Shown here one piece after another: positions 50,601 through 63,974 of a stretch of DNA of 64,000 nucleotides (position 1 is its first letter; each line of letters opens with the position of its first letter). The position numbers and the translations under genes were made by a program. A model generated the notes under the pieces. That model worked only from the letters and a program-made list of their open reading frames with translations, was not told where the DNA came from and made no database searches. The stretch covers positions 6,882,001-6,946,000 of the forward strand of contig NC_092672.1 of the NCBI RefSeq assembly GCF_964355755.1, read 5' to 3'. Origin of the DNA: Antedon mediterranea. Lineage: Eukaryota; Animalia; Echinodermata.

Positions 50601-53045
50601 AAAGGTGGGTTTGGACCTGGCAAAAATGTTCATGTCATTTGATAACCTGAGGTGTGTCAGTAGAGTTTGGAATACGTATCCTTCCCGCAACACTAGAGAC
50701 CAAGTCAAACTTTGGCCAGGTTCGAGGAAACGTACCCTTACTATGTGGTTCGAGAGCAAACACGTCATCTTGTTGGATAAAGTCAGACGGAATGGTTACC
50801 TCGATAAATTCTCCCGGCCATACAGTGGTCTCCCCTTCAGGAGCACGAAGCACACAAGCACGGCGAACCATGTTATGGTGAAAGTCCTCTACCTTGGAAC
50901 CATAGATGTACGTGGTACCGTCACCCAATTTAACTTCCCGCTTCGCGGGTCGGAGGGCGATGTAATTTAGCTCCATAAAAGGAGTTCCGGCAAGAATGTC
51001 GACGTCAAGTTTCTCGACAACGAGACCCTCAAATTTGAATTCCCTGTCGTCCCTTGTGAGAATAATTGTTGTTTCGCCTACGACCGAAAGTGGAGAAGAT
51101 CCGTCAGCCTGATGGGCAGACTGAGAGCTACTTTTAATGGTAGCGCCAAGGGCAGTGGCAGCAGTAAAGGCAATCATGTTTCCTGTAGCCCCACTGTCGA
51201 GTGTGATTCTGGCTGTGTGGTGTTGGTGAAATGTGTCAAGGTATGGGGACTGGCGAACTTGGACTCGTAAACCTGTCGAGGGTGCACTATTATAACCAGG
51301 CTCATCCGAGGTGTTATCATTGATGATCCCAACGATTTGTCGGGCCTTAGCCATGTATTTCCGGTCTGACTCGGACAAAAGAGGACATTGAGGACTTGTG
51401 TTGAAAAAACTGTGATCGGAAAAATACCTTTACTTAACTAACATAGGAAAGCCTTTGTGGATGAGGGAGAGCCAGGTAAGAACCATCAAATTTTCCAACG
51501 AGGGTGAAAGTTCTTCATCCTATTGTATTTGGGCATCATGGTGGGAAATACCTTGACGTAGTAAATTATCATGGACGAAAGCAACTAAACGCTGATAGAG
51601 ATCTTCCGGCCGTTCGATATCTTGTAAATGTATATCAGCAAAATCAATAAAATGGGTGCCGGTTGACTGGAATCCATAATGCAGTCGGATAGTTTTCCAA
51701 ATTTGAGAAAGTGAAGAGGAGCTTTTAACAATGGTATTCTGGGAAATTATAGGGCAACAATTAGCGATCTGACCGAGCATGAGTTCTAGGATAGTTAGTT
51801 TTTGTTGGGCGGTATGACGACGTGCAACAGGTACATCCTCATTGTCGTCAGTTAAGCCGCGAAGGGGAGATGCCTTGGTTTTGGAACGCCAAACAGAACC
51901 ATCTAGGAGAAATGGGGAAAAATTAGCGTCCAACGAGAGGGTGTAGATAAGGTTTTGTTTCCAGTTTTCAAAGGTATTTATAGTTTCATTCTTGGTTAAG
52001 CACCATTGCTTGGGTGCTCTAGTACCGGCCATGGTATGAAATGTAAACAGATGTCTAGGTGTTTTCAGTTGCACGTGTAAAGCAACAGCCGATCGGCACA
52101 TGTGAAAGCGTAGAGTATGTGATGATCTGCTAGCTCGATTTGTTCGGCTAGGCCTACTGTACAGTGCCCACCACAATAAAGACACCGGACACGTAGGACT
52201 CAAGTAGAATAAGATCTTTATTCGTTAAAACCAAATATCATAATAACATAACAACCAGCGGCCATATATAGGACAGTGCATTTCGGCCGCCACTCATTTC
52301 GGCCGCCGGTTATGGAACGCCCAAATTCATGAAACTCCAAAAAGGACAAAATATGGCATGACCATTTCCGCCGCCAGGTATGGCGCGCCAAATTGAAATA
52401 GTCAGAAATAACTCATTAACTGTACAGTATTACAGTTTAAAAAAATAACTTTATCAAATCTATGGAACGCCACAGAGAACTATGGTCATTTAAACTAGAG
52501 ATCAGTTGTGCAATGGGCTAAATACATTTTGTTTTTGCCGTAAGCATAGATTTAGTTTAGTTAAGTTATATTAGTTACGGTATTTTACCGTTTGAATATT
52601 TTGGTCAAAATGAATATTGATTTAATGTTTATTTTTTTATTTATTTTACAAGTCCCGAAGATGCGTGTGCTTTGTAAAAATGTGTTTCTTTTAATATGAA
52701 TCAAGTCAAGTGTTTTTGACTGGCACATAAAAAAACCTTCAGCATCACCTCCTTCTTATTAAAAAAATATCATTAATATTCACTGTTTCTGGAATTGAAG
52801 ACCGCCGATTCGGCTTAATAATACAGTATTTAGGCCTAGTAAAATATTAACATTTTAACACACATGGCGTGTCATACATATTTAAGAATAATTACAATTC
52901 TGGCGGCCGAAATTAACAATACATATTTAGTCCTTTTTGGCGTTTCATGAATTCCATAACCGGCGGCCGAAATGACTGGCGGCCGAAATGATCAGACACC
53001 ATAGAGCAGAGGGTCAACCCAGCTAGGGGGCGCTAGACTGGCGCA
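47657..53045 (-). mobile_element. Decayed Ty3/Gypsy LTR retrotransposon
   Basis: Order gag (52032-51520), protease (LDSGA, 51378-50635), RT ([14 protein letters not shown]; YxDD decayed to AGD), RNase H (ITDGA, EIEALAI), integrase C-terminal remnant (48630-47865). LTR sequence is shared by 47657-47799 and 52166-52265 plus 53000-53045. A polypurine tract lies at about 47803-47818. Many frameshifts. Confidence 0.92.
52271..53000. mobile_element. MITE inserted in the right-hand (5') LTR of the Gypsy element
   Basis: Long inverted termini with repeated catttcggccgcc / ggcggccgaaatg. It splits the LTR sequence gcc|atagagcagagggtc, which is contiguous in the left LTR. Confidence 0.85.
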
Positions 53046-54002
53046 TAGTAAAGTTAATGTTCGTGAACAATATAGATTAGTATAGAGATTTAACCCACTG
53101 ACAGTTACACATTTTATAGTATTTAGGAACAGTGTAATTCGATCTTCATATAAGATCTTGTATGGTGCAGACTACCTGGTTTTAAAATAGTTATTTTAAA
53201 TGGTCGTCTGTGAATGATGGGCGGCCTACATAATAAATAGTATTTTTTTATTATTATTTACAATCGACAAGGAGGATATACCTGTAACTATACTACGATA
53301 CGAACTACAGGTACAACTGTATAACCATTTTATATATACTACTGTATAATGTAAAGATAGTATATGTCAATATTTGAAAATTAGGACCATAAATAAAGCT
53401 ATTATATGCATTGCATATTTACTTTTTATTTATTATTATTATGAGAAATTTAAAGAAAATAATGAAAAATGAGAATAATATGGGAACAAATATAATATTA
53501 ATGTATAATGTGATGATGAATAAATAAAGTGGCAGTTTGCACTACAAAGGAGACACAGAGAGAGAGAGAGAGAGCAACTAGTAATATACAATAATAATAT
53601 CTAGAATACACATTAAAAAGAATTTATATTATATTAACTTACTTAATTACAATTGTTTTTCTTAAAAACGGAATTATTTAATATAACTAATAACTTTCTA
53701 TATGTATTAGAATTTGCATTTAGGAGAAAATATGTTCTGCGTAATCGAATCAATACATTATATTGGAAATTTAAAAATGCCTCTGTTTTATAAATTGGCC
53801 CTCTCCATAAATCTAAATCAAACTTGTTGTCAATTATTATTAAACATCTGAATTAAACATCTAAATGAAATTCGAAAACTATAGTAATATATTATCTACA
53901 TGGAATTTTCTAGATTAAAGGCATTACATTTTATGATCAATTGTGTAACAAATATCATTCATTATTTCGGCTATCACTAAAAAGGAATATGATTGTCTAG
54001 GC

Positions 54003-57000
54003 CTATACATAAAATGACATTAGTGTTATAAAAATAGTGACCGCAGACAATATGAACATTACAAAGTCCGACACTTCAATTATTTTTTCTATTTTTTTGT
54101 TTTCTGTGTCTTCCAAATATTCGCATAGACGCTCAACCTTGTCTGAACAGGTGCCTGAACAGCACTTCGTCGCTTCTTCTTCTGACTCGTTTTCTTTGCC
54201 TTGTTTTTTACATTTGATACATGGTACCCAGACGAGAACTAATTGTATAACACGATATTTACTTAATTCATATATGAGACAGATAGTGCTGATCAGAATA
54301 ACTGCCAAAAAGAATCTTCCTGTTGGTAGAAAAAGATATGAAATATTTAGCATAATTTAAAAGGCAACATTTTTTTTGTAATTAGTTTATTTTTCTTTAA
54401 TTAACCGGGTAATTGCATATTAATTAAGAATATATAAATGATTAAGCTTTTGTGCATTCGATATTACAGATTACGGATTCTTCTAATAATATGTTTTCCA
54501 CTCATGTGAAACGCAATAATTGTATTTAAATTGCTTTGTCATTTGTCTTGTCAAACATATAATACCTTTACCAACCACATTTGTTTGTCGGTTCATAATA
54601 ATGATGATAGTGATGGCGATGGCGATGGTGATGATGATAGTGATGGCGATGGCGATGGCGATGGTGATGGTGATGGTGATGGCGATGGCGATGACGACCA
54701 ACCACATTTTTTTGTCGGTTCATGATGATGATGGTGCTGATGGTGATACTGATGGCGATGACGACCAACCACATTTTTTTGTCGGTTCATGGTGATGATG
54801 GTGATACTGATGGCGATGACGACCAACCACATTTTTTTGTCGGTTCATGATGATGATGGTGATGATGGTGATAGTGATGGCGATGACGACCAACCACATT
54901 TGTTTGTCGGTTCATGATGATGATGGTGATGATTATGGTGATGGTGATGGCGATGGCGATGGCGATGACGACCAACCACATTTCTTTGTCGATTCATGAT
55001 GATGATGGTGATGATTATGGTGATGGTGATGGTGATGGCGATGGCGATGACGACCAACCACATTTCTTTGTCGATTCATGATGATGATGGTGATGATTAT
55101 GGTGATGGTGATGGCGATGGCGATGACGACCAACCACATTTGTTTGTCGGTTCATGATGATGATGGTGATGATTATGGTGATGGTGATGGCGATGGCGAT
55201 GGCGATGGCGATGACGACCAACCACATTTCTTTGTCGATTCATGATGATGATGGTGATGATTATGGTGATGGTGATGGCGATGGCGATGACGACCAACCA
55301 CATTTGTTTGTCGGTTCATGATGATGATGGTGATGATTATGGTGATGGTGATGGCGATGACGATGGCGATGACGACCAACCACATTTGTTTTGTCGGTTC
55401 ATGATGGTGATGGTGATGATTGTGCTGATGGTGATGGCGATGCCGATGGCGATGACGACCAACCACATTTGTTTGTCGGTTCATGATGATGATGGTGATG
55501 ATTGTGGTGATGGCGATGGCGATGACGACCAACCACATTTGTTTGTCGGTTCATGATGATGATGGTGATGATTATGGTGATGGTGATGGCGATGACAATG
55601 GCGATGATGACCAACCACATTTGTTTGTCGGTTTGTGATGATGATGGCAATGACGATGGCGATGACGATGACGATGATAAAATACTGTACTTAGTGTAAT
55701 TTGACTTGAGCCTCATCTTATACACCTTAGCATTTAGGTATGGAATACAGTATAATTACCAATTTGTGGAATTTGATCGCCGACGGGTGGTAATGACAGG
55801 AAGATTAACTGGTTAAAAACAATCACCGCAAGCACCACAGTTATCCCATACGATATTCTTTCTCCAGGCTCAGGTACAAGGAACATAAGACAGATGAGAA
55901 AAGAACACATATAGTAAGGAATCAAATAGAATGTCTTTTGAAATTCATGTCGTCGTTGCAAATGTATCCAAAACTGCAAAGATGAATAAGAACTGAACGA
56001 ATAATTGTTAACTGTTCGTGCTTCCTTAACGCCCATAAGTTTCCAAATTCCATTCTCAACAAATTGCTGGTTTTGATCAAAACTATTTGCAATTGGATAA
56101 AAGTCAAGTTTGTTTATATCATGTGTCCAAGAGATAAATTCTAATACGCATGTTTGTTCGTCTTTCGGATAGTATTTGATGTTTATATGACAAAATGTTT
56201 TAAATAGGGATATGCTGTAAAGCCTCACGCTGCCGTTGTAACATACAGAAACAGGAACGTCTGACATGAAATATTTGTGATCTCTGTCTGTGCTGAAAAA
56301 AGAAACAGATTAACATGAATGTATTGATACTACCGATAATGTCAAATAAAAATGCAATCAATGAGGTTTATTGGATCACCTTTATTTGAATGCCGAAATA
56401 ACACATGCAGTGTATTATATATCAAATGTAGTATATTGCCTGAAAATGTGCTATTACAACCACTAAATGTACTAGTATTTTTATCAATTATTCTATTTAA
56501 TGAATTTTCATTCATTATTTTCTCGTGTCACTACAGTATATTCAAACGTTAACCAAATGAAAATAGCAAACAATTATTATGGATTTCAGGTAACTTGTTA
56601 TAAATGTGCTACTATATGTATTGTTTATTGTAGAAATAAAATCAAATCAAAACAGAGATTATGGATGCATATCAACACTAAAACTTAAATCATGGACCTA
56701 TAAAGTTATTATAATATTCTTCTTTATTGTATCAAACAAAACAATTTCAATACAAAAGGTCAAGGTATAGCCGAAGCTAATCAAGCTTGGTACCTTTTAT
56801 CTTAACTAACTTAAGCTACGAAATTAACAAATAAATAACAGAACTTAAAAGAAAATGAAAATTTGATAACGTCAAAAACAAAACAAAAAATTTTGAATAA
56901 TAAATAAATAACATAACATAAAGTGCTGTATGTACTGTATTGTAATAAACAAAACGATATCAGTTCAATAGATAATATTTGATGAATGAATGAATTATAA

Positions 57001-58041
57001 GTCCATGCTTAAATTAACTATTTTAATGACCTGGAAATAAACTGTATTTCATTTCTTATTTAATGTCGTTTTATTTTTATTTTTCACACTTATTTCTTCC
57101 CGCCAAAAAAATCCTTATTTTTTTGTTTTTAAATTAAAAATGTATTATTACTGTTGTTATTGTTGTTGCTACATTTATTATGTTAATGTTAACAACCTTT
57201 ACTTACTTCTGTAAAAGGACAATATCAGGTATCCATATTTTGTCCTGCTTCATTTGTATGCATTCAATGCCAGTATCTGTGATGTTCCAAGAGATAAATT
57301 CGTCTTGCCATTCCTGTGTTGGAACAATATGATTGTATACAATTTTGATTTATAACAATAGTTTTTACCGTAAGGCTGTAAATGTGGGGGAATAACCTGT
57401 GTCTTACAGTCTAACTGAGCTGAATTGCACACAGGTGAGGACGACAGACACTAAATTTCTTCTTGCCTAAGGGTCCCTTTGTGTAGAGTGCTGCCACCAA
57501 ACGGCGCTCATTTGTCGGTCCACAATAATATATTATCATTTCTATCTTCTCCGTTATCTACCAAAGACATGTTAATGATTAAAATAAAAGCTTACCAAAG
57601 TAATCCAGCCCGATATGTCAAGTATTTGCAAGGCGTCGTCCTATAAAAAACAAACAGTAGCTTAAATTAGATATTAACATTTATGCTGATAGTATGACAT
57701 ACATCTAGAATTATATAAACATATTTGCAGACTTTTCATGGTTTGTACAATAAACATGTTTTACTTGAAATAAAATAATAGTTTTAATATTATAAGCACA
57801 TTCTGTTGAAAATCTGTTGCATATATTTGTTGTGTCAAACTTTATTTTATCTTTTTAGAAATAAATAGTGTACTTACTAGTTTAATAACTTGAGTTAATA
57901 CAAAGCTAGATGTAATATTTGTAGTTGTGTTCGTATCTAATACTGGACGAGTTGTAGGTGGGCTAAGATACGAATCTGATATAGCTTGCACAAGATAAGC
58001 CTTTATACTTGGATTCACATATTCTACTGTCTCGGCACTTA
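54003..58041 (-). CDS. Gene D: divergent nAChR-like (non-alpha) Cys-loop receptor subunit, exons 2-6 (signal-peptide exon not located)
   Basis: Exons 57878-58041, 57596-57640 (DDALQILDISGWITL), 57207-57313 (EWQDEFISW..IWIPDIVLLQ), 55760-56292 (Cys loop CHINIKYYPKDEQTC, GERISYGITVVL) and 54003-54319 (M3-M4) splice in frame. Confidence 0.9.
54570..55680. repeat. Compound minisatellite in gene D intron 5: about 14 copies of a ~27-bp core separated by variable (GAT/GGC/GGT)n
   Basis: gaccaaccacatt(tg)tttgtcggttcat recurs at about 60-130 bp spacing. Confidence 0.92.
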
Positions 58042-58649
58042 CTGAAAGTCAGATATTATCCGAAAAAATATTACTTTTTAACATTATTATCTAATTGTAA
58101 TTCCATCATCTTTGTGAAAGATACGAATAAAGCATTCACACTTACAATTGGCTAAACGCATCAAACTATTTTATGTTAATTGTAAATGATTAGTGATACT
58201 ATAGAAAAGTAACGTGTTTGGTATTTCCTAGCCTTTGTGGATAAAATCCATATCGATATGAATTATTATAACTCACCAACACTTGTTATAACAGTTATAA
58301 GAAGAATTGGTAGAATGTGCATAGAATCCATAATCAATCGTTGCATACCGTTGCTGACTTCAAACAAGCATATACCCTTAACATAACAATGATATTTCAA
58401 AATTAATTTTATTTAATGAAAATTGTATATAGTAGTAGAGATCAACTTCAACATGGGACGACTAACTCTCCAACAACCTAGCAACCAGTAGGCCTACTAG
58501 TCTTTATTGATCATAAGATTACAACACAATGGTTTTTGACAATATTTTGTATTGAATCATGGATTATTCATTTCATCACTTCTTAAAATGCACTACAACA
58601 ATTATGTTCACTTGAAGTAGTCTTTAAAACAGTGTAGTAATAATGCTCC

Positions 58650-60100
58650 TGGTACCTACTATACAACCGATTAAGTAGAAAGTACAGCTTCTGTTGTATC
58701 TAAGATATTTGAAACATTGTTAATCAATTATTTTGGAGATACCCTTAAGTCAGGGGATCACCAGTTTGCTTTTAAAAGTCAACACTCAACGGATACTTGT
58801 ATCTTTGTTTTTAAGCAGATAGTGGATTACTATAATAGGAATGGGAGCCCCGTATTTACTTGTTTTCTCGACGCGAGTAAAGCGTTCGACCGAGTCAATC
58901 ACTGGTCACTGTACAGGCAATTAATTATGAGAGAAACAAACATTATTGCTATTAGACTTCTAAAATCTTGGTATGAGAATCAACGATTTTTTGTTAGATG
59001 GGGTAACTCTATGTCTTCAGGTTAATTTAAAGTTACCAATGGCGTTAGACAGGGTGGTGTTATGTCTCCTCTGCTATATAGTGTTTACATTGACAATTTA
59101 AACAGTATGCTTAGTGATTGTAATTTTGGCTGTGAGCTCAATAATACAAAGTTCAACAACTTAAGTTATGCAGATGACATGGTGTTACTTGCGCCCTCTT
59201 TAGATGCCCTCCAAAAGATGGTTAACATATGTGAGGATTTTGCTAATAACTTTGATGTATTATATAATTCAAAAAAAATCAATTTGCATGTGTTTTTGCC
59301 CTAGAAAAAGAAAACTGAATTGTAATTATTTTACTGTTCTATGTGGTAAAGAACTAAATTACGTTCAATCCACTACCTACCTTGGTTGTGTTATCAGCAA
59401 TGATACTATAGGGACGAACTGGATATTAAAAGGCAATATCGATCATTATGTATTAGAGGTAACTCTCTTTGTAGAAAATTTAGTAAATGCTCAACAGATG
59501 TTAAGATTACTTTGTTTAAATCATACTGTATTAGTATGTATTGTGCGGCCTTATGGTGCGATTTTAATGTAAAAACTATATGAAGTCATTACAGGTCTGT
59601 TATAATAACGCACTTAGAAAGATTTTAAGACGCTCAAGGAGCTGTAGTGCTAGTGCTATGTTTGTTGATAACCATGTTCCCTCCTTCTATGAGTACATTC
59701 GGAAATCAATTTTTTGTTTCAAAACAAAAATTGAAAAAGCTGTAATACTTTAATTACATGTGTTTTTTCTCGTATTCCTAAAGATTCAAAGTTGCATAGA
59801 AAATGGATAGAACTTTTGTATATATTATAATCTCATGTATACTTTTACGTGTGTTAACTAGTATGGCCATAATAATGTGTTGTTTTGTAAACTATAGTAA
59901 TCAATAATATAATAATGTCTACAGTCTACATCCAATAAATCCCAAAACATAATCCACATGTATTTTAAGAGGCACTATATGCCAACAAATAATTATTAGT
60001 CCTCTCTCCATGACGGTTGTCACATAATGCTTTGTATTATTTTTTATTGTATTTATATGTTTCATATGGACAGTTTGTCTGAAATAAAGTTGAATTGAAA
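58650..60100 (+). mobile_element. 5'-truncated, decayed non-LTR retrotransposon (RTE-X-like RT)
   Basis: QFAFK, CFLDASKAFDRVNH, GVRQGGVMSPLLYSVYID and YADDMVLL across broken frames. Ends in aataaa plus a ttgaa repeat tail. Confidence 0.88.
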
Positions 60101-63100
60101 ATAGTAGAGTAAAGTTTATCTATTTTATTTAACAAGATAAATATATATAAATAAATAAATGTTATCTTCATAATGAACAAATCTAGATAATTTAGACATA
60201 ATAATATAATATAATACTAATCAGACATGTTTTCTAATAATATACTATCAGGCTCATTAACTCATTATTTTATCTATTTCAACAAGGTTTCATCTTTGAC
60301 CTAACGCCTGTTTGTTCTAGAAATGCTTTCGTAAGTATGTGTATAGTCAATAAACAACTACAGTATTCATTAATTACATCTATAATATATCTCTTTAATA
60401 TCTTTCAACTTCAACCTCCATGGGATAACTTACAGTTAATATTGAAAATTAAAGCCGTTTAATTACTGTAAACAATCCTACGGACTAAAATAATAATTTA
60501 ACATCATTTACTAATTAATCTAGAGATTTTTTTTTGTTTTGCCAATCTTTAAATGCACAGGTGTGATGGACAACTAGTGAATATACCAAAACAAAATGCT
60601 AATCTATATCAAGTTTGGATCTCACTTGGACGCCACGCGACGTTGCTGGACTAGAACAATTCTGGGAATAACACTTAGGCCCTAAATAAGTTTCTGTCAT
60701 TTGATTTGACGATTGTGGGTCACATTTTGTTTAAGACCATTACTTTAGAAAAAAATTTGAAAAAAAACCCCATTTAAACTAGCTTTAGGTCGTTTGTATG
60801 ATTTTGGGAACTCTCAAGACATGTAATGGAATTTGATCAGTTTCAATATTGCCTGTCGAAGTTTCAAATGGTATCGCTGCATATTCATATTATTCGCTTT
60901 AGCCTAGCTTGGCCTAGGTGTGTTTATAAAATCCAAATAATTATAATGTTTAATATATTATAAAAAAAACCTATATATTTACAAATAAAAATAAACTGTT
61001 TTCATAATGAATCAAATGTAGGCCTAGGCATACTTTTATTCAGTCTAATTAAAATGACAGGAATCTATTGATATGTTATATAAAACAAAAAATTAATGTT
61101 TAAAAAAACGAAAATAGAATTTAATTTTTAGCAACTAGTGGCAACTACAAAATAAACAAATTACCTTTCAAAAAACAAATCGATTTGTGACTCCTCTTCT
61201 ATAACTACTGTACGTTTTTTTTAAAGCTCCAGGAAGTGTGTATCATGAACCAGGAGGAGAGTAAGAATACATTTTGTAGCTACTGTACCTCTTTCATGTA
61301 ATACAGATTATCTTATCTTTGAAGTCAACAAATCTAGATAATTGCTAACTTGTATTTGCTAATGCCACTTAATCTTTAAACAACAGACAAGTGTATATCT
61401 CGTAACCACAGTAACCCCAAGTCTTTGATGAAAACAAGATACTAATCATTATCAACGTTCAAATTGTTATCACGTCCTGTTAAAAATTATACTATACGAC
61501 GTTCCGAAATAATTTGCCTACAGATGACAGATTTTTTATATTTTAGTCAGTATTTGGATTTAAACAATTTAATAGCGGTTTGTAGTGGAAATTAGTGAAG
61601 GTGTTAATATAAATAAAGGCACCTAAATTAGTGATTTAAAAAAATTAAAACTGTAATCTACATAAAGATGTATTGTCCACCAAAAAAAAAAAAAAAGATT
61701 AATAAAAAAAAAGACCTTGATTAGGCCATTTCGCAGTTTAATCACTTCTGTAGAAACAATGTTTTCACTTATAAAATACAAATTAGACGGTTAAATGCAA
61801 CCAAAATTACCGCTTTTTTCAAGAAAAATATTTTAAGTGAATAACTATTATGTGAAATTAAAATGGCATAATCAACAAAAATATACAACATTTATATCTA
61901 ATCATCGATTTTCAGATTGAAACAAATTGAACAAATTGGAACATCAGCGTATTAATAAATATTTATTGAAAAAAAAACTTTCTAACTGAAAAATCCACTG
62001 TTTAAAAGTATAAAATATACACCTTCTTCATTGCTTTTACTTTTTTTTTGCTTGTTTTGCTTCCACTGAAATTGCTTTCCCGCGATTTTCCACTTTTATT
62101 GAACCCCTCCCAACAAACGTGCTCATCAAGAGAAGCATTATTTCGCAATCTGCATTACAACACCGTTGAGACGCGCCCCTCTGGGCCGTTCAATCAATAA
62201 TTCAAGGTCCATCATTGGTATGACATATTTTGATTGTGAACCAATATGGATTGTATTGATAATTTTCAATTCCAACGTATTATGGTGCCCAACTGCGGCA
62301 TGATTGTGTTACTATATAACTGTATTTATGATTGACAATTCTAGGCAAATATATTCAAAAAGTTTGCTTTAAGGTGTCTACGTAATCTCTAGTTCAGTTA
62401 CTTAGAAAACCAAACAGTGCAATCAGTTTCCTTATACTAGATAGAATTGAAACTCAATCGGATTTGAACAACATAAAAAATCACTTGCTTATATAGGTCA
62501 TCTACATAAGTAAAATATCAGAATGCTAAGGCTGTCATACATTTTTTCGTTTACACATGACTTTATAGACTTGATAAGTGATAATTATTATTAGGCATAT
62601 TATCAGTTTAATAAATACCAGTGTTTAAATGTTTCTGCACCAGAAAATAATGTATGCGTCTCTCAAATACCCGTTCAATTTGTCTTTCTTGTCGTCTTTA
62701 AGTAAAAACCAATCTCCTCTTGGCAATATGGGGTACTTTAGTTTGTAAGTATAAATTCTTTTTTTTAAACTGACACCATTTAATATTAATTATGATTGGT
62801 CAATTATAGTTAATCAATGAATTAAATAATTACGATTGAATTTTAAAATTGGTTATATAGGCCTATAATGGAAATCATGCAATTGCTTGTTTATACAGTT
62901 GAGCCTATTAGCATTCCTCGTGGGTATTTACCTGGATTTAAAACACATAATTTTATTTAAATAAATATAAATACAATACAATTTAGCTACGGAGTTTGAT
63001 TTACATATTTATCATAGAAAATAAAATACAACAATTTTAATTATACAGTACAAAAATGTAGCTGTTGTTTTGACTAAGTAAATAACTGAAGAAAATAGAA

Positions 63101-63125
63101 ATACAAAATAATAAACATCTTAAGC

Positions 63126-63974
63126 TTATATAAATATTCCATTAAATACACCAACAGTAACAATTGACACGCAACACATGACTCCGTCAAGAAAACCATT
63201 CAATCCACGACCTTCCCACTCTTTTCTTTCGTTTGTGAAATTATGCTCCGCAAAAACACGTGTTTTTATTCCATCTAAGATGAGACACACCGTGCTTAAC
63301 CCGATGACTGCTAAAAAATACTTTCCTGTATAACAAGAAAAATACATTATTAGAAATGATGATTACAATTAAGGTGGTCATTTATTTATAATCTATAAAT
63401 TTGAGTACATAAATAAAATAATAATAAACTACCTATTTCAGGAATGTTGTCTCCAACTGGAGGTAGAGACAAGACGATTAACTGACTGAAGACAATCTGC
63501 GCAAGTAACACGGTTATTCCATAAGACACTCTTTCTCCAGATTCGTACGGTATGAGAAACATTACACTCATGAGAAATGAGCAAAAATAATATGGAATAA
63601 GATAAAAATGTTTTTGAAATTCGTTCCTTCGTTGTAAAGTGATCGAATATTGTAATGATGCATATGTACTAGACGAATAACGATGCACAGTTCCATTTCC
63701 TTGAACACCGTTTTCAGGCAACTTCCAAATTTCATTCTCAACAAATTCATTCTTTTGATCAACATCAGTTGGAATCGGAATAAAGACAAGTTTGCTGACA
63801 TCATAAGTCCAAGAGATAAATTCCAATACACACGTTTGACGGTCATTAGGATAATTCGTGATATCAATATGACAAAATGTTTGAAGTATAGCTACACTGG
63901 AAAGCCTCGCGCTGCCGTTGTAACATACTTTTACAGGAACACTTTGCATAAAATACGTGTGATCTTTATCTATA
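63126..63974 (-). CDS. Gene E: divergent nAChR-like (non-alpha) subunit, last two exons (5' part lies beyond the right edge)
   Basis: Exon 63433-63974 (Cys loop CHIDITNYPNDRQTC, FISWTY, SGERVSYGITVLL) and exon 63126-63325 (M3, very short loop, M4, stop). Close paralog of gene D. Confidence 0.9.

Noticed and set aside
54570-55680. CRISPR-like repeat/spacer appearance, and many His-rich or Ile/Ala-rich ORFs
   Set aside because: The spacers are triplet microsatellites rather than unique sequence, there are no cas genes, and the region is a eukaryotic intron. The ORFs are by-products of the repeat.
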